64,000 bases of DNA from Octopus vulgaris (lineage: Eukaryota), in assembly GCA_951406725.2 (NCBI GenBank), contig OX597814.1, positions 176,948,001-177,012,000 of the forward strand. Direction: 5' to 3'. This document shows positions 36,551 through 48,220 of this stretch, one piece after another; the first letter of the stretch is position 1, and every line of letters begins with the position of its first letter. The notes below the pieces were generated by a model. It did not search any database, was not told where the DNA came from, and saw nothing but the letters and a program-made list of their open reading frames with translations. A program made the position numbers and the translations under genes.

Positions 36551-37599
36551 AAAATATCCGTTTGGAAAATTTTGTTTTTGTTTTTGATAATTCATGCTTT
36601 GATTTAAGAATGTATTTGCTCTCAGTTGATAGACAGATATCCAGCTTTCTTATTTAACCGTCCCCTCTTTCTGTCTCTTCTTTACTTCATTCCTTTCGTT
36701 GTTGCCCCCTTGCTTCATCTCCCCCCTCTTCCCTTCTTCCCTTTCTCCCTCACTTTGATTTTGAGTCAGTCATAGTTACTTTGATTAATGATCAAATTAA
36801 GAAGAATTGATTTTTGTTGTGACTGGTGCTAAAGATTTCACTTAATGTCTGGGCTGTGTTACATCAACTATGTTTATTCCTCAACTATGAGATACGCTGA
36901 CTGACATGAATATTCGGCAAGACAAAGCAAAGAAAACCTTTCCACTGCTTTGTTTACTCTGCAATTAATCATATTTTTTTTTCTCTCGCTTTCTAATTTT
37001 ATTCTTTATTTTCATCTTTACAGTTTTGTTGTTGTTGGTATTTCTAATTTCTCATGTTGAAATATGCTTGACAGGTTCGCAGATTGTAAAATATGCATAA
37101 GAAGTTGGAGTGGGTATTTTACAGTGTGTTCTGTAACTAATCTTTAGCAAAGTATTCAAAGCATTTCTCTTTCCCTCCCTCTCTTTTGTTTCTTTTGCAA
37201 GCTAAGTAGTTTATATTATTGGAAAATACATACCTATTATTAGTATTTTTTTCAGTCAAAATGCTTAGTGGCGCTTTGTTTGTCATCATATTCTGAGTTC
37301 AAATTCCACTCGGGTCGATGTTCCCTTTCTCCTTCCAGATTCAAAATAAGTACTGGTTGAGTACTGAGGTTCACACAATTGGCCTGCTCCCTCTCCTAAA
37401 ATTTCAGGTTTTATGCCTATAATAGAAAGCAAAGTATACTTCTAATTGTCTGTGATAAGTTATTGGTATTATGGTTATATTTTTGAGGTTATTAACCTCA
37501 AATTTAGTGGTATATGTTATGAAAATGTTATGAAAATGGGGATGTTACTAAGCCTTTTTGGGAAGAAAATTTTTTCTTATGTTTGAGTGCTTTTGTTAA

Positions 37600-37820
37600 C
37601 CCTTTAGTGTTCATATTTACTCTGTTAAATGTAATACTTTTTCACTCAAATTATTTTGAATTAATCATGCATTATCTTATAGCTTTGAGGTTTCAATGAT
37701 ATGATTGTTTATTTTTAGAATGTCAATGTAGGTTAGGTGTGAGAGGCTAGATATCACCAGTTTGAATATAAAACATGTAGAATATCTGGGCCAGATATGG
37801 CCGGTTTAAATACTAAAGGG
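37600..37820. mobile_element. Complete TTAA-type (piggyBac-like) MITE
   Basis: TTAA on both sides and TIRs ccctttagt / actaaaggg; relatives at ~6445, 54507-54694 and ~54885-55078. Confidence 0.85.
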
Positions 37821-37962
37821 TTAAACCTTTTCAAATACACATGCTCTTGAAGATGAAGTTGTTAGTTTTGTGGTAGTGGTAGTATTATTTCCAGTTTATT
37901 TTCGGACCTTTGGTATTGATCATAAATATTCTTTTACCATTGTTTATTATGTGAAATGATGG

Positions 37963-40160
37963 TTATTTTTGGGTTAATTTCAGATTTAGAATTCTTATAA
38001 CGTATTCATCTTTTGCCTTTCATAGTTGTACATTTTCATAATTTATTTTGTAAAATGGGAATATTTCAAATTTTCCATTTGCATAGATATCTAGATGTTC
38101 ACTGCAAGGGACATTCCTAAGAGATGAATCCCTAATTTGTTGTTTATGCACATTTACATGACTGGTCAGTTTCTTTCCTGTCTCCCCAATGTAGTTTTTA
38201 TTGCATTGTGGTCACGTGGTGCAGTAGATGAGGTTTTTTGTTTTGCAATTCATGTTTGCATTCACTTTTAATTCCTTCCCATCCTTGAGGTTTTTTGGTT
38301 GACCCTTGTTCAATTAATTTGCATGTCCCTTACTCAATTAATTCACATATCTCAATTAATTTGCATGTCCACAGTTGGTTACTTGCATCATATCTTTTTG
38401 AAATGTGAATCTCACCTTTGTTAGGAGCCCCTTGAGGTTTGCTGGTTGTCTTCGACAATTCTTGTTGATATTTTTTATGATTTTTTAATTATTTGTTGAT
38501 TTGGTGATTGATGTAGAATTGGGAGGTATTGTTTGGCTGAGTGCAGAATGTTGTGGTTTCTAGGATTGTGGGTGACTACAAGTGGAATATTTGTATTTTT
38601 ATTTTCACACCTGGCCTGAGTATTTCTCCTTAAGGTAGTGATTGGGCTTTCCTTTGCTTTTGTTATGGCATGTTGAATTAACTTGTTGGGATATTTTTGT
38701 TTCTGAAGGAATATATTAAGTTCTGAAGGTCATTTCTCTCGTTTAACAGTATCTGTGACTATTGAGCATATGAACCTTGCCATATTAAATGGTATGTGCC
38801 TTTTTGTATGGGAAGGGTGGCAAGATCTAAAATCTAAATATTGATGTATGTCTGTTCTAGTATTAGAGGTCATTTGTGACTGTCTCATTTTATTTAAGTA
38901 TCAGGATGTCCAGAAAATGGAGTTCCTTTTCATTCATTTCCATAGTGAATTGGATTGATACATGAATGCTGTTTATTGATTTAAGAAATTTTGTAAGGTC
39001 CTCCTTATTTCGGTTCCAAAATATAAAGCAGTCATCTAAGAATCTTTTCCAGTTTCTGATAAGGTAGGTTTGGAAGTGGTGGTCAAAGTAGTTCTGGATA
39101 GGGTATAGATTTTTTCTTCTAGGTATCCCTTTACTAATGTGGCAAATGTTGGTGCGACTTTCATCCTCATTGCAGTGCCTTGTATTTGTTGATAATATTG
39201 ATTATCAAAGAAAAAGTAGTTGTTTTCCAGTACTATCTGTAAACCTTCAAGTATAGATTCTTTTGAGAATCTCTCCTGAATTCTTTGTGGGTGTTTGTTT
39301 ATTTAGAATTCTACTGCTTCTTGTCCATATATATGGGGGAGATTTGTGTAGAGACTAGTTACATCAAAGGTAACTAGTACTCTCTCTTTATCCATTCTGG
39401 GATATGGTTTTAAGAAGTCCATGTTATCTCGGATGAAACTGGGAACTAATCTACATAAAGGTTTTAAAATTATGTCCAGCAAGTTGCTTAATCTTTGAGT
39501 GCTGGATGCAGGTCCTGCAATTATCAGATGATCTGTCTGGATTAATGGATTTTAGGGAGTCCATAGAAATTACTTGTTTGCACTTGAAAATTGGTTAGGT
39601 AATCTAACTCCATTTTTGTTAAGTCATCCTTGAATTTGTTGGTAAATCTGCCAATTTTGCTCACAGCTTTTTTATCAGCATTGCTATCTATTTCTGGTCA
39701 TTGAGTTGTTCTAAGACCATTTCCCTGTAATGGGTCTTGTCCATTATTACAATGGCTCCTCCTTTGTCAGCTTCTTTAATGACTATAGATGAGTCTTCTT
39801 GTAGACATTGTAATGCTTTTTGTCCCTCATCTGTAATAATTTGTTTTACTGGGTTTGCTGGAATTTTTGAGTTAGCAGACCTTTTCAGGCATATTGTATA
39901 TTCCTCCAGACATTTGTTTCTGGTTATCGGAGGTTTAAAACCTGTTTTGTTTTGCATGAGTGATGGATCATCATTGTGATTATTTTGAAAGAATTCCTGT
40001 AAGTGAAGTTTTCTCCAAAATTCCTTAGTATCTTTTATAAGATCTGTTGTGTTGGATTTAGGAGTTGGTGTGAATTTTAGACCATACTGTCAATTTTTTA
40101 TTTCACTTTCCATAAGATTCTATTGTGAGAGGTTGATTATTTTGGGGACAGTTGGTCCAG
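37963..40160 (-). mobile_element. Decayed Penelope-like retroelement ORF (RT plus GIY-YIG endonuclease), probably Neptune clade
   Basis: Minus-strand motifs in order: GLKFTPTP, IVIKEADKGGAIVIMD, FDVTSLYTN, GTAM.MKVAP, WKRFLDDCF, PFLDIL, HQYLDFRSCHP, a Cys linker CGH...GTC, CNKNYIGETG and FPFYK. Many stops and frameshifts. Confidence 0.9.
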
Positions 40161-43100
40161 TATTTTCTTGACTCTTTGCATCATTAATGTTTTTTTTCGT
40201 TTTTGTTTGGAGATCTTGTTCCCTAAAAAATGGGGAGAGTAATTGGTATCTTGTCTTTCAGTCATGCCATTATGTTGGGATTTACCTGGTTGTTATTTCC
40301 GTCTATAATATATTAGTTTGTGTATTGGAATTTAGATATTATTTTACAGTTTTTATTTTAACACCTGTACTTTTGTTTGTTTGTCATAAACATGTAATTT
40401 TTCTTTGGTCTAGAAGCCTCATTAGGCTTAAAAGGTGCTTGACTTGCATGCTTGTTGCTTATACATCATAGGAACTTTAGGCTCATATGGTAGGTCATTA
40501 TGTCAAGTGGATGTGCTTTTCTGATCTTAGACTTCTACCCTATGTTTTGGTGTAGAAGCATCAATTAATTTCATCTTCACTAATAATATTCATTAAATTA
40601 TTGTTAGCTGGGTGGCATGGTAGAAATATTAGGGCTCAAGATTAAATGACTAACAGCATCTAGTGTGTTTTATGTTCTGGGTTCAAATCTTGCTGAGGTC
40701 AACTTATCTTTTATTCTTCTGCTGTTATCTCTGGAAATATCAGTTAACTGCTGGGGTTGGATAAATCAACAACAAAACTTTCCCTAATATTTATGGACAA
40801 TCATCATCATCAAATCTCTTGAAGTTCAAAGTTGGAAACTTACTGGAGTTGACTTTGCTGTTCATCCTTCGGGTATCAATAAATTAATTACAAGACAAAT
40901 ACAGGGGTTAGTTTAATGGACTATATCACTTCTTCTAAACCTCTGATCCTGTGCCAATAAAAGAAAAGAAAAGATTGTTGTTGTTTTTTTGCACCTGTAC
41001 AGACATGATTTTATATCCTCTGTGGAATTTGTATATTTATGAAGTGCTACTGAAGAAAGACTTCTTTTTGAACGTTTTTCTTCAGGCTATCCTTACAATA
41101 TTTTGGACATCTCCCCATATTGGGGAAGTTATACAATCTGTTGGTTCTGGACATTTTTAACATAATTTTATTGTATTTACATTCAACTTAAGATGGCTTT
41201 CTTCCAGAAAAACAATGTTCAATAAAAAAATATAATTAATATGAAAGACATAAACAACAAAAAGAAAAGAATTTAATTATGTAGTTGGATGTACTTATTC
41301 AATACAAAACAAAATATGATAGTTTGGAAGATAAGAATAATATTAATTCAAGCATTTCTTGTTATGTGGCTTGCAATAACAACAAAAATACACATATGGT
41401 GTTTGCCAAATGAAGTAAAGAATGAAAAAGCTATGTCGAGTAACAAAATGAGAATATCAATTTTTCTTTTGATAATGGCACCTGTAACCAAGTGCTGGAC
41501 ACGAATCATCTGGCTGAGAAAATTTGTTTTGGCAGGAATTGTATGAGTAGGAAGAGCATGTCTCTGCCAGCACTCTTCATCCAAGAGTGAGAGAGGATTG
41601 AACCTATGTGTCTCTGTATTGGAATGAGTGGAGCAAGTTTGTTTGTACTCTCAAAAATACAGCTGGAGGTAGCTTTGTCCAATGTATAAAGCAAGAGCTC
41701 CTCTATTAGCTGGGGTAGGGCTTAGGGCTTATACATCTAGTTCTTAAAAATGAGGGTGGGGTGAAAGAAGCAAGCTAAGCTGGTGCATCATGCACTAGTT
41801 CATAATGGAATGCTGTAATGCAAAGGCTAAAGCGGAGGAGATTGGCAATGATGTTTGTCCTTGGTTCATTATTACCTTTGTGGCATTCTGTGGCAAGGTG
41901 GTAAGTGTTGAGGTAACCAGGTATGATGTAATCAGGTTGAATTCCAATGAACATGCAGTGACTTCTGAAGACTTCAGAAGTATTCAGAGCTGTACTTCAT
42001 TAAAGGTACTAATGGAAAGGTCATAAGACTGGTTGTGCAGAGCAGAAGGCTTAACAAGCAAAACTGTGACAGTCAGGGCTGTTTTCAGGCTTTCTTCCTT
42101 GAGAAATGAAGTAAAAGTGAACAGCAGATGTAGCAACAATAACAGCAGGTCACAGAAATGCCTGTTTCCAGAATATTGGTCCTAGCTCCAAGGACGACCA
42201 AAAAACTTCTCTTGTTCTCAGTCCGAGAAACCAATGACCAGGAAAAACCATTGAAATAAGTGAAACAATGATCTTAAAAGAGAAGATTTGAAAAACTAAT
42301 GACAACAAGGATATTTCCATCCAGAGATCAAAGCTGAGTATTCTGAAAATTGATTATGATAAAGAAGTGCTGATTGGGGATTAAGAAATAGGGCAGGATT
42401 TAAAAAAAACTTTCAGGAATAGAGTATTGGTGAAGACCACATGGTATGACAAACCACTGTTGTAGTTTGTCATACTATGAGGCAGGATTACTGGAAGATG
42501 TAGGATTCTATTCTATTCCATTCTCAAGTAGCAAATACTGACAAGTACCTTTAGATGCACCAGGTTACAATTTGAGAGTGTCAGATGAACAGTCATGGAG
42601 TTCTCTGATTCAACCTTGGTGGTGTTTCTCACCTGTGTAAGTTGCTGCTAAGTAAAATTGCTGTCAACTATACATACAGGTTTGTCTTTTACAGGTACCT
42701 GTGCCACATAAAATGCACTTGTGCTAGTGCTGCGTGTTAATGGCATGTAAAAAGCACCCAGCACATTCTGTAAAGTGGTTGTAATTAGGAAGGGCATCCA
42801 GCTGTAGAAACCATGCCACAATTGACAGTTGGAGTCTGGACAGCTGCTCGGCTGGCCAGCTCCAGTCAAACCATCCAACCCATGCCTGCATGGAAAGCAG
42901 ATGTTAAGCGATGATGTATGTGGATAGGGATACCTTCATCAGTTTCTTGTGTTTTCAATTCTATCTTATTTAATTATATAGTGTTTTGTTATTGAATTAT
43001 TTTGCGTAATTCAAAGTAAATTCGACGTTTTAATATATTGTGTAATTTTTTGCCCCTCCCACCTCGTTCTTACCAAACTTCATTTTGTTCATTCTTGTAT

Positions 43101-43244
43101 GATTTTGTTACACCATTGTATGTGTTTTATTGTATGAATGTTGTATGACTTCATTAGCAAATAAAAGAATGAATTATTAAGACTAGGGGCATTGAACAAA
43201 GAGGTATTATTATACTGACAGGTTATGTGAACTCTTTCACATCT

Positions 43245-43606
43245 CTTTTATTTTTTACTTGCTTTAATCATTTGACCATGGCCATGCTGGGGCATAACCT
43301 TGAAGAATTATAGTTGAATGAATTGGCCCCAGTACTTATTTGTTTCAAGCCTGGTAGTTAATGTATTGGTCTCTTTTGCTGAAATGCTAAGTTATGGAGA
43401 TATTAACACACCAACATTGGTTGTCAAGTGATGGTGGGGGACTAACAAAGACACACACACACATACACGATGGGCTTCTTTCAGTTTCTGTCTGTCAGTT
43501 TCACTCACAAGGCTTTGGTAGAAGATACTTGCCCAAGGTGTCATGCTGTGGAATTGAAGCTGGAACCATGTTGTTGGGAAGCAAATTTCTCACCACACAG
43601 CCTGTA
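43245..43606 (-). mobile_element. Diverged CORE-like tRNA SINE copy
   Basis: Reverse complement of the family. Confidence 0.7.
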
Positions 43607-43718
43607 TAACCTGTCTCTGTAGTGTCCTCTTCATTTTGTGCCCATTTGGCAAATAATGGAACTAATTATCATCTCTACTATAGTCACAAAACCTGAAATT
43701 TGGGGGTTGGAGTGGGGT

Positions 43719-43817
43719 TAGTCGATTACATTAACCATTAGTCAATTACATCAATCATTAGTCAATTGCATCGATCATTAGTCGATTACATCAATCATTA
43801 GTCAATTTCATCAATCC
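43719..43817. repeat. Five tandem copies of a 20 bp unit (tagtcRattacatcaatcat) inside a Deu/Nin-like SINE
   Basis: Directly visible; the unit derives from the SINE segment gtcgattacatc. Confidence 0.85.
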
Positions 43818-44463
43818 TACTGCTTATTTCATCAACTTATTTCATCAAGCCCAAAAGGGGGAAAGGCAAAGACAACCACAGCAGCGTTTGAACTCAGAAC
43901 ATAAAAGCAGATGAAATACTGCTTAGCATTTTGTCCACTATGCTAATGCTTCTGCCAGCTTGCTGTCTTAATGATAGAAATGATGATAATTTTTATTAGT
44001 AGAGGTGGTGAATTAACAGAAATGGTAGTGTCTGACAAGATACTTTGCAATATTTAATTATATCCTTTTCTGTTCTGGTTTCAAGTTTTGCCAAGGTTGA
44101 ATTTGTTTTTCATTTTACCAGAGTTTAAATGTCTGTCAAGTATTGGGGTCAATTTAACTCAAAAGTTCCTCCACTCGTGGTTTCATCCTCACATTAAAAT
44201 AAACAAAAACAAAACAACACATTATTATTATTATTATTATTATTATTAGTTCTGATGTGTCTCTGATGAACAGGTCATCAATGTTTATTTGTATTCTTAG
44301 CAATAACATTTGCTGCCAGAAACTTTTTTTTTCAAAAGGAAAAAAAACCAAAAAACTCAGTGACATTGTGAGAGCGAAGTGCCAACCATCTAAATTAATT
44401 TCTTTAAATTACTGGCATAAAAAACATATTTTCATGATATTTTTCATATTTATTTTTTTTCAG

Positions 44464-44586
44464 ATTGCTTCTGGTTACTAAAAGCCTTATTGGAATATAC
44501 CGCTCACAAGACTTTACCATCAATATTTCAAGGTTATGAAAAGCGACCCTCTTGGCCTAGAGTGAATTTACCAGAAAGAATGGAAG
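44464..44586 (+). CDS. MBTPS1: MBTPS1 coding exon: (D)CFWLLKALLEYTAHKTLPSIFQGYEKRPSWPRVNLPERME(G)
   Basis: Poly-T cag acceptor and gttatt donor; 123 nt, phase 1/1. Aligns to S1P DCFWLLDALLQYT...PERMEG. The expected next exon (GNHLHRYSKV-like) was not found in the window. Confidence 0.94.
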
Positions 44587-45779
44587 GTTATTAACTAATT
44601 TTTTTCTCCTCTCTATTAATTTTTATGATGAAGGTTTCATTTTTTTATATTTTAATTTAAAAAAAAAATTCATTTACTAAATTTGAAGTGTTTATGTTTG
44701 TTTATTTCTTGAATGTTTTTTTCATGTGTATAATATGACGATGAGAGTAGACTATCTGATGAAATTCTTTCATACTGATTATGTTCTTTTACATTTTTGA
44801 ATTCAGTTCAGATTCTGCCAAAGTATATTTTGCTTTGTTTAATAGATACCGCAGTTGATGAAATAGTCTATATTCTAAAAGACAGTAAATTGGCATGGTT
44901 CAATGCACTGCCTGACTCTGGTAAAAGAATAAAAGGATTAGGCAAAACAATGTTCTCATTTGAGCCTGGTTCAGTCTCTTAATTTCAATTTAGCTTTTTC
45001 ATTTCAGCCTACACCAGTTACATTATCAGCATGTGTGTGTGTGTGCGCATGTGTACCCTTGTTTAGAAATAAATGAGAGTTGGCAACAGGAAGGGTGTCT
45101 GGCTGTAGAAAATCTGCTTCAACAAATTCCATCTAACCCTTGCTAAACATGGCAAAGTAGATGTTGTGTTCGTGCAATAGACTGTGAATGATACCTATTT
45201 TCAGCTAGGTGGACTTATTGGCTCTTTGGTTAGTTTTCCAATAATGCATTTACAAAGCCTTCTGAACCTCTAAGCTGAAAACTTGAGGGATCAAATATAT
45301 CAAGAAATATAACCCTAACCTTATGACCTCTGTTAGCTTTACTTGAAAATACCTTTGGCATTGAAGTGACTGATTAAGTATCTGGGTTTAACTTGAACGA
45401 CCTTGTTCAACTAATATTTTTCTGAATTTGTAGGACTGGTCTTATATCTGCTTCTCATAATATAAAGAAGAGTAATAAATGTCATGTTGGATGAGATGAA
45501 TAGTCATTAATTTTACTGTGCTACTGCCAATGTAATGCTGTTGTAAAACAGCTACTCATGGTACCTGTTGAGAAGAAGACAAACCAATAAAAGATCCCTT
45601 GCATGGTAGCTAGATATAGCAGTTAAATCTCTCTCAAATTACACCCTAATATCATAAGATGAAAAAAAAACTTGCCTGAGATTCACAATGTTTGAGAGAA
45701 TGACTGAATGACAGGGTAGATTGCCTTTGTCATGAAGTCTGCACTGTTGGGGCTAACTTAGGGGTTAAAAACTCCCCAA

Positions 45780-46188
45780 TGAGTTGCTGTGTGATAAGTA
45801 GCTTGTTTACCAACCACATGGTTCTGGGTTCAGTCCCACTGCGTGGCATTTTGGGCAAGTGTCTTCTGCTATAGCCCTGGGCCGACCAATGCCTTGTGAG
45901 TGGATTTGGTAGATGGAAACTGAAAGAAGCCTGTCGTATATATCATCATCATCATCATCACGTGTGTGTATGTGTTTGTGTGTCTGTGTTTGTCCCCCTA
46001 GCATTGCTTGACAACCGATGCTGGTGTGTTTACGTCCCCGTAACATTAGCGGTTCGGCAAAAGAGACCGATAGAATAAGTACTGGGCTTACAAAGAATAA
46101 GTCCCGGGGTTGATTTGCTCGACTAAAGGCGGTGCTCCAGCATGGCCGCAGTCAAAATGACCGAAACAAGTAAAAGAGAGTAAAGAGA
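45780..46188 (+). mobile_element. CORE-like tRNA SINE copy
   Basis: Full family sequence. Confidence 0.85.
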
Positions 46189-47829
46189 ATGATACTAAGA
46201 ATTCAGTGGATCAGGATGACTACAGTAAACCTAGAAGTTAACAGTATATAGAACATTGACCTCTAGGTTGCTTCCCTGGTTCTCTAATGACTCAACCAAC
46301 AACACTCTTCACAAAATCTGTGCACTTGATATTATTCTTTTTTTTTTGTTTTTTCTTTTCAAACTTCATTGAAGCCTTCTAAAGATTCAAACATTGATGA
46401 TGGTCAGCATCCAGTATTTCATATACTGCTTTTTGCTGTGCTCTGCTATCTGGGTTTGTTGTTAGTGTCTCTATCCATTGCTTAGCAAATAACATCAGCA
46501 GATAACTTGGCAAATAACATTTGCAAATAGCATTTCTATATATTTAACAAATAACAACCTCAGCTGGCCTCCGCTGATGGAGTTTACTTTATAAGGCATC
46601 TGTCTATTTCAGTTCTATGTTTATGCCAATTTCTCTGTATTATCTCTGTGTATGTATGTATACAAGCATGTATGCATCTGTGTGTGTGTGTGTATGTATT
46701 TATGTATGTATGTATGTAAGTATGTATGTATGTATGTATGCTTGGATGCATGCATGTATGTATGTATGTATGTTTGTATACACACACACACACACACATA
46801 CGTGCACATGTGCACACATAAACCAAGGTACTTGGTGTTCTCCAGGTGCTGAATATATAGAAACGATTTTGTTTGTTAAACTAAATGATTTAATTTATAC
46901 TAGTTTTTTTTATGAACTTTTTTTGTATGTAATCATACCTGTATTTGTTTTTTATTGTAATGCAGATACATGTCTAAAGTTGAATTTACTTTTTTTAGGT
47001 TTCTATGATGTGTGGTGCTTTTGAAACTCTGTTTATTGATAATTTCAATTTTGTGGCATCAGAGAATTCTGTCGTCATGTTTTGCTTTATATATTTTCCT
47101 CGTAACACTAAATTGATGTGCAACACATAAAACAGAAGCAATTCTAATAGAAATACGTTTTAATGAGTAAGATCTCTGGGGAAGACAACATTTCTGGTTT
47201 TGCAGTTTGGTGCTCCGATGAAAAGATGTGAGCTTGCACCATCGTGTTAATATTGCATACAGGCCTGTCACTGTGTGTTAAGGTTAAATGACAGCTTAAG
47301 AGTGGGACGAGCTGTCCTACCACATTTGAGCAGAGCTGCAGCAATTCCTGCTGAGACCATTGCAACAGTTGTATCGTTGTATGATTGAACTTTCGTAAAA
47401 ATTAGGTTAAGCACGTTTATTTGTACAACCATGGGTATCAAGGAAAGCCATTCCTCCTGAATCTGATACCACCAACTATTTGATCCTTATATAAGACTTT
47501 TTTCTTCCCCACCCATTTTTCTTTTTAAATAGCTATCTAGAACCCAAGAATGAGTCATTTTGGCACAGGGAACCAGTCAAGTAACACAGGCAACAACCCC
47601 CACAAGAATTGTGCTTACTGCGTGCCACCAGCATGGGAGCCAGTCAGGTGGCACTGGCATCAGCCACAACTACAATGTCCATTTGATTGTGATTTAATTT
47701 GATTTTGATTTTAATTTACTTGACTCAATAGGTTTCCTCAAGCACAGCATGTCACCCAATGATCCAAAAGTACTCTTTTAAGTGGGCTGGTTATGCAACA
47801 CTGGTGTAGGCTATGGCTGTGATCTCACT

Positions 47830-48220
47830 TTACTTGCTGGGTCTTTGTAATTAAAAGCAACCCTGCGTCCCGCTGTCTGCTGAGGATGAAACCAATCTGG
47901 CTAGCAGAGTTACTTGATCGATAGGTTATCAGATGGCTGTCTGGTTTCCTGAAGTTGGTGTTGCAGATTAATAGATTACATGCATCACAGAACTCCAGTA
48001 GCCTAGTTACCTCTTCATTTCGGTAACCAATCCCATTGCCCCCGTGTACACCATCGAAGATACTGGATTGCCAGCTGATATGCCCATTAAAATCTCCCAC
48101 TGCAAAGATGAGGTCATTGCCACTCGTCTTTGAGGTAACCTGTAGGAGGGTATCATAAAAGTGGTCCTTCTAATCATTTGGTAGGCCCACTTGTGGGGCA
48201 CAGGCAAAGATAATTGTAGA
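47830..48220 (-). mobile_element. RTE endonuclease fragment
   Basis: GDFNGHI...GVHGGNGIGYRNEEVTRLLEFCDACNLLICNTNFRKPDSHLITYRS...QIGFIL. Confidence 0.85.

Larger units (their letters stand above)
13910..44463 (+). other. MBTPS1: ~30.5 kb phase-1 intron of MBTPS1
   Basis: The D codon (G|AT) of MLKDCFW is split between 13909 and 44464; GT-AG ends. Confidence 0.9.

Noticed and set aside
36906-37098. Hydrophobic signal-peptide-like reading LLLLVFLISHVEICLT after a tttacag acceptor
   Set aside because: T-rich DNA gives such peptides by chance; there is an in-frame stop upstream, the donor is weak, and no start exon was identified.
37885-37930. Possible decayed hammerhead downstream of the Penelope-like ORF (minus strand tatgatca...accaaaggtccgaaa)
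   Set aside because: The core and helices are too degenerate to support a call.
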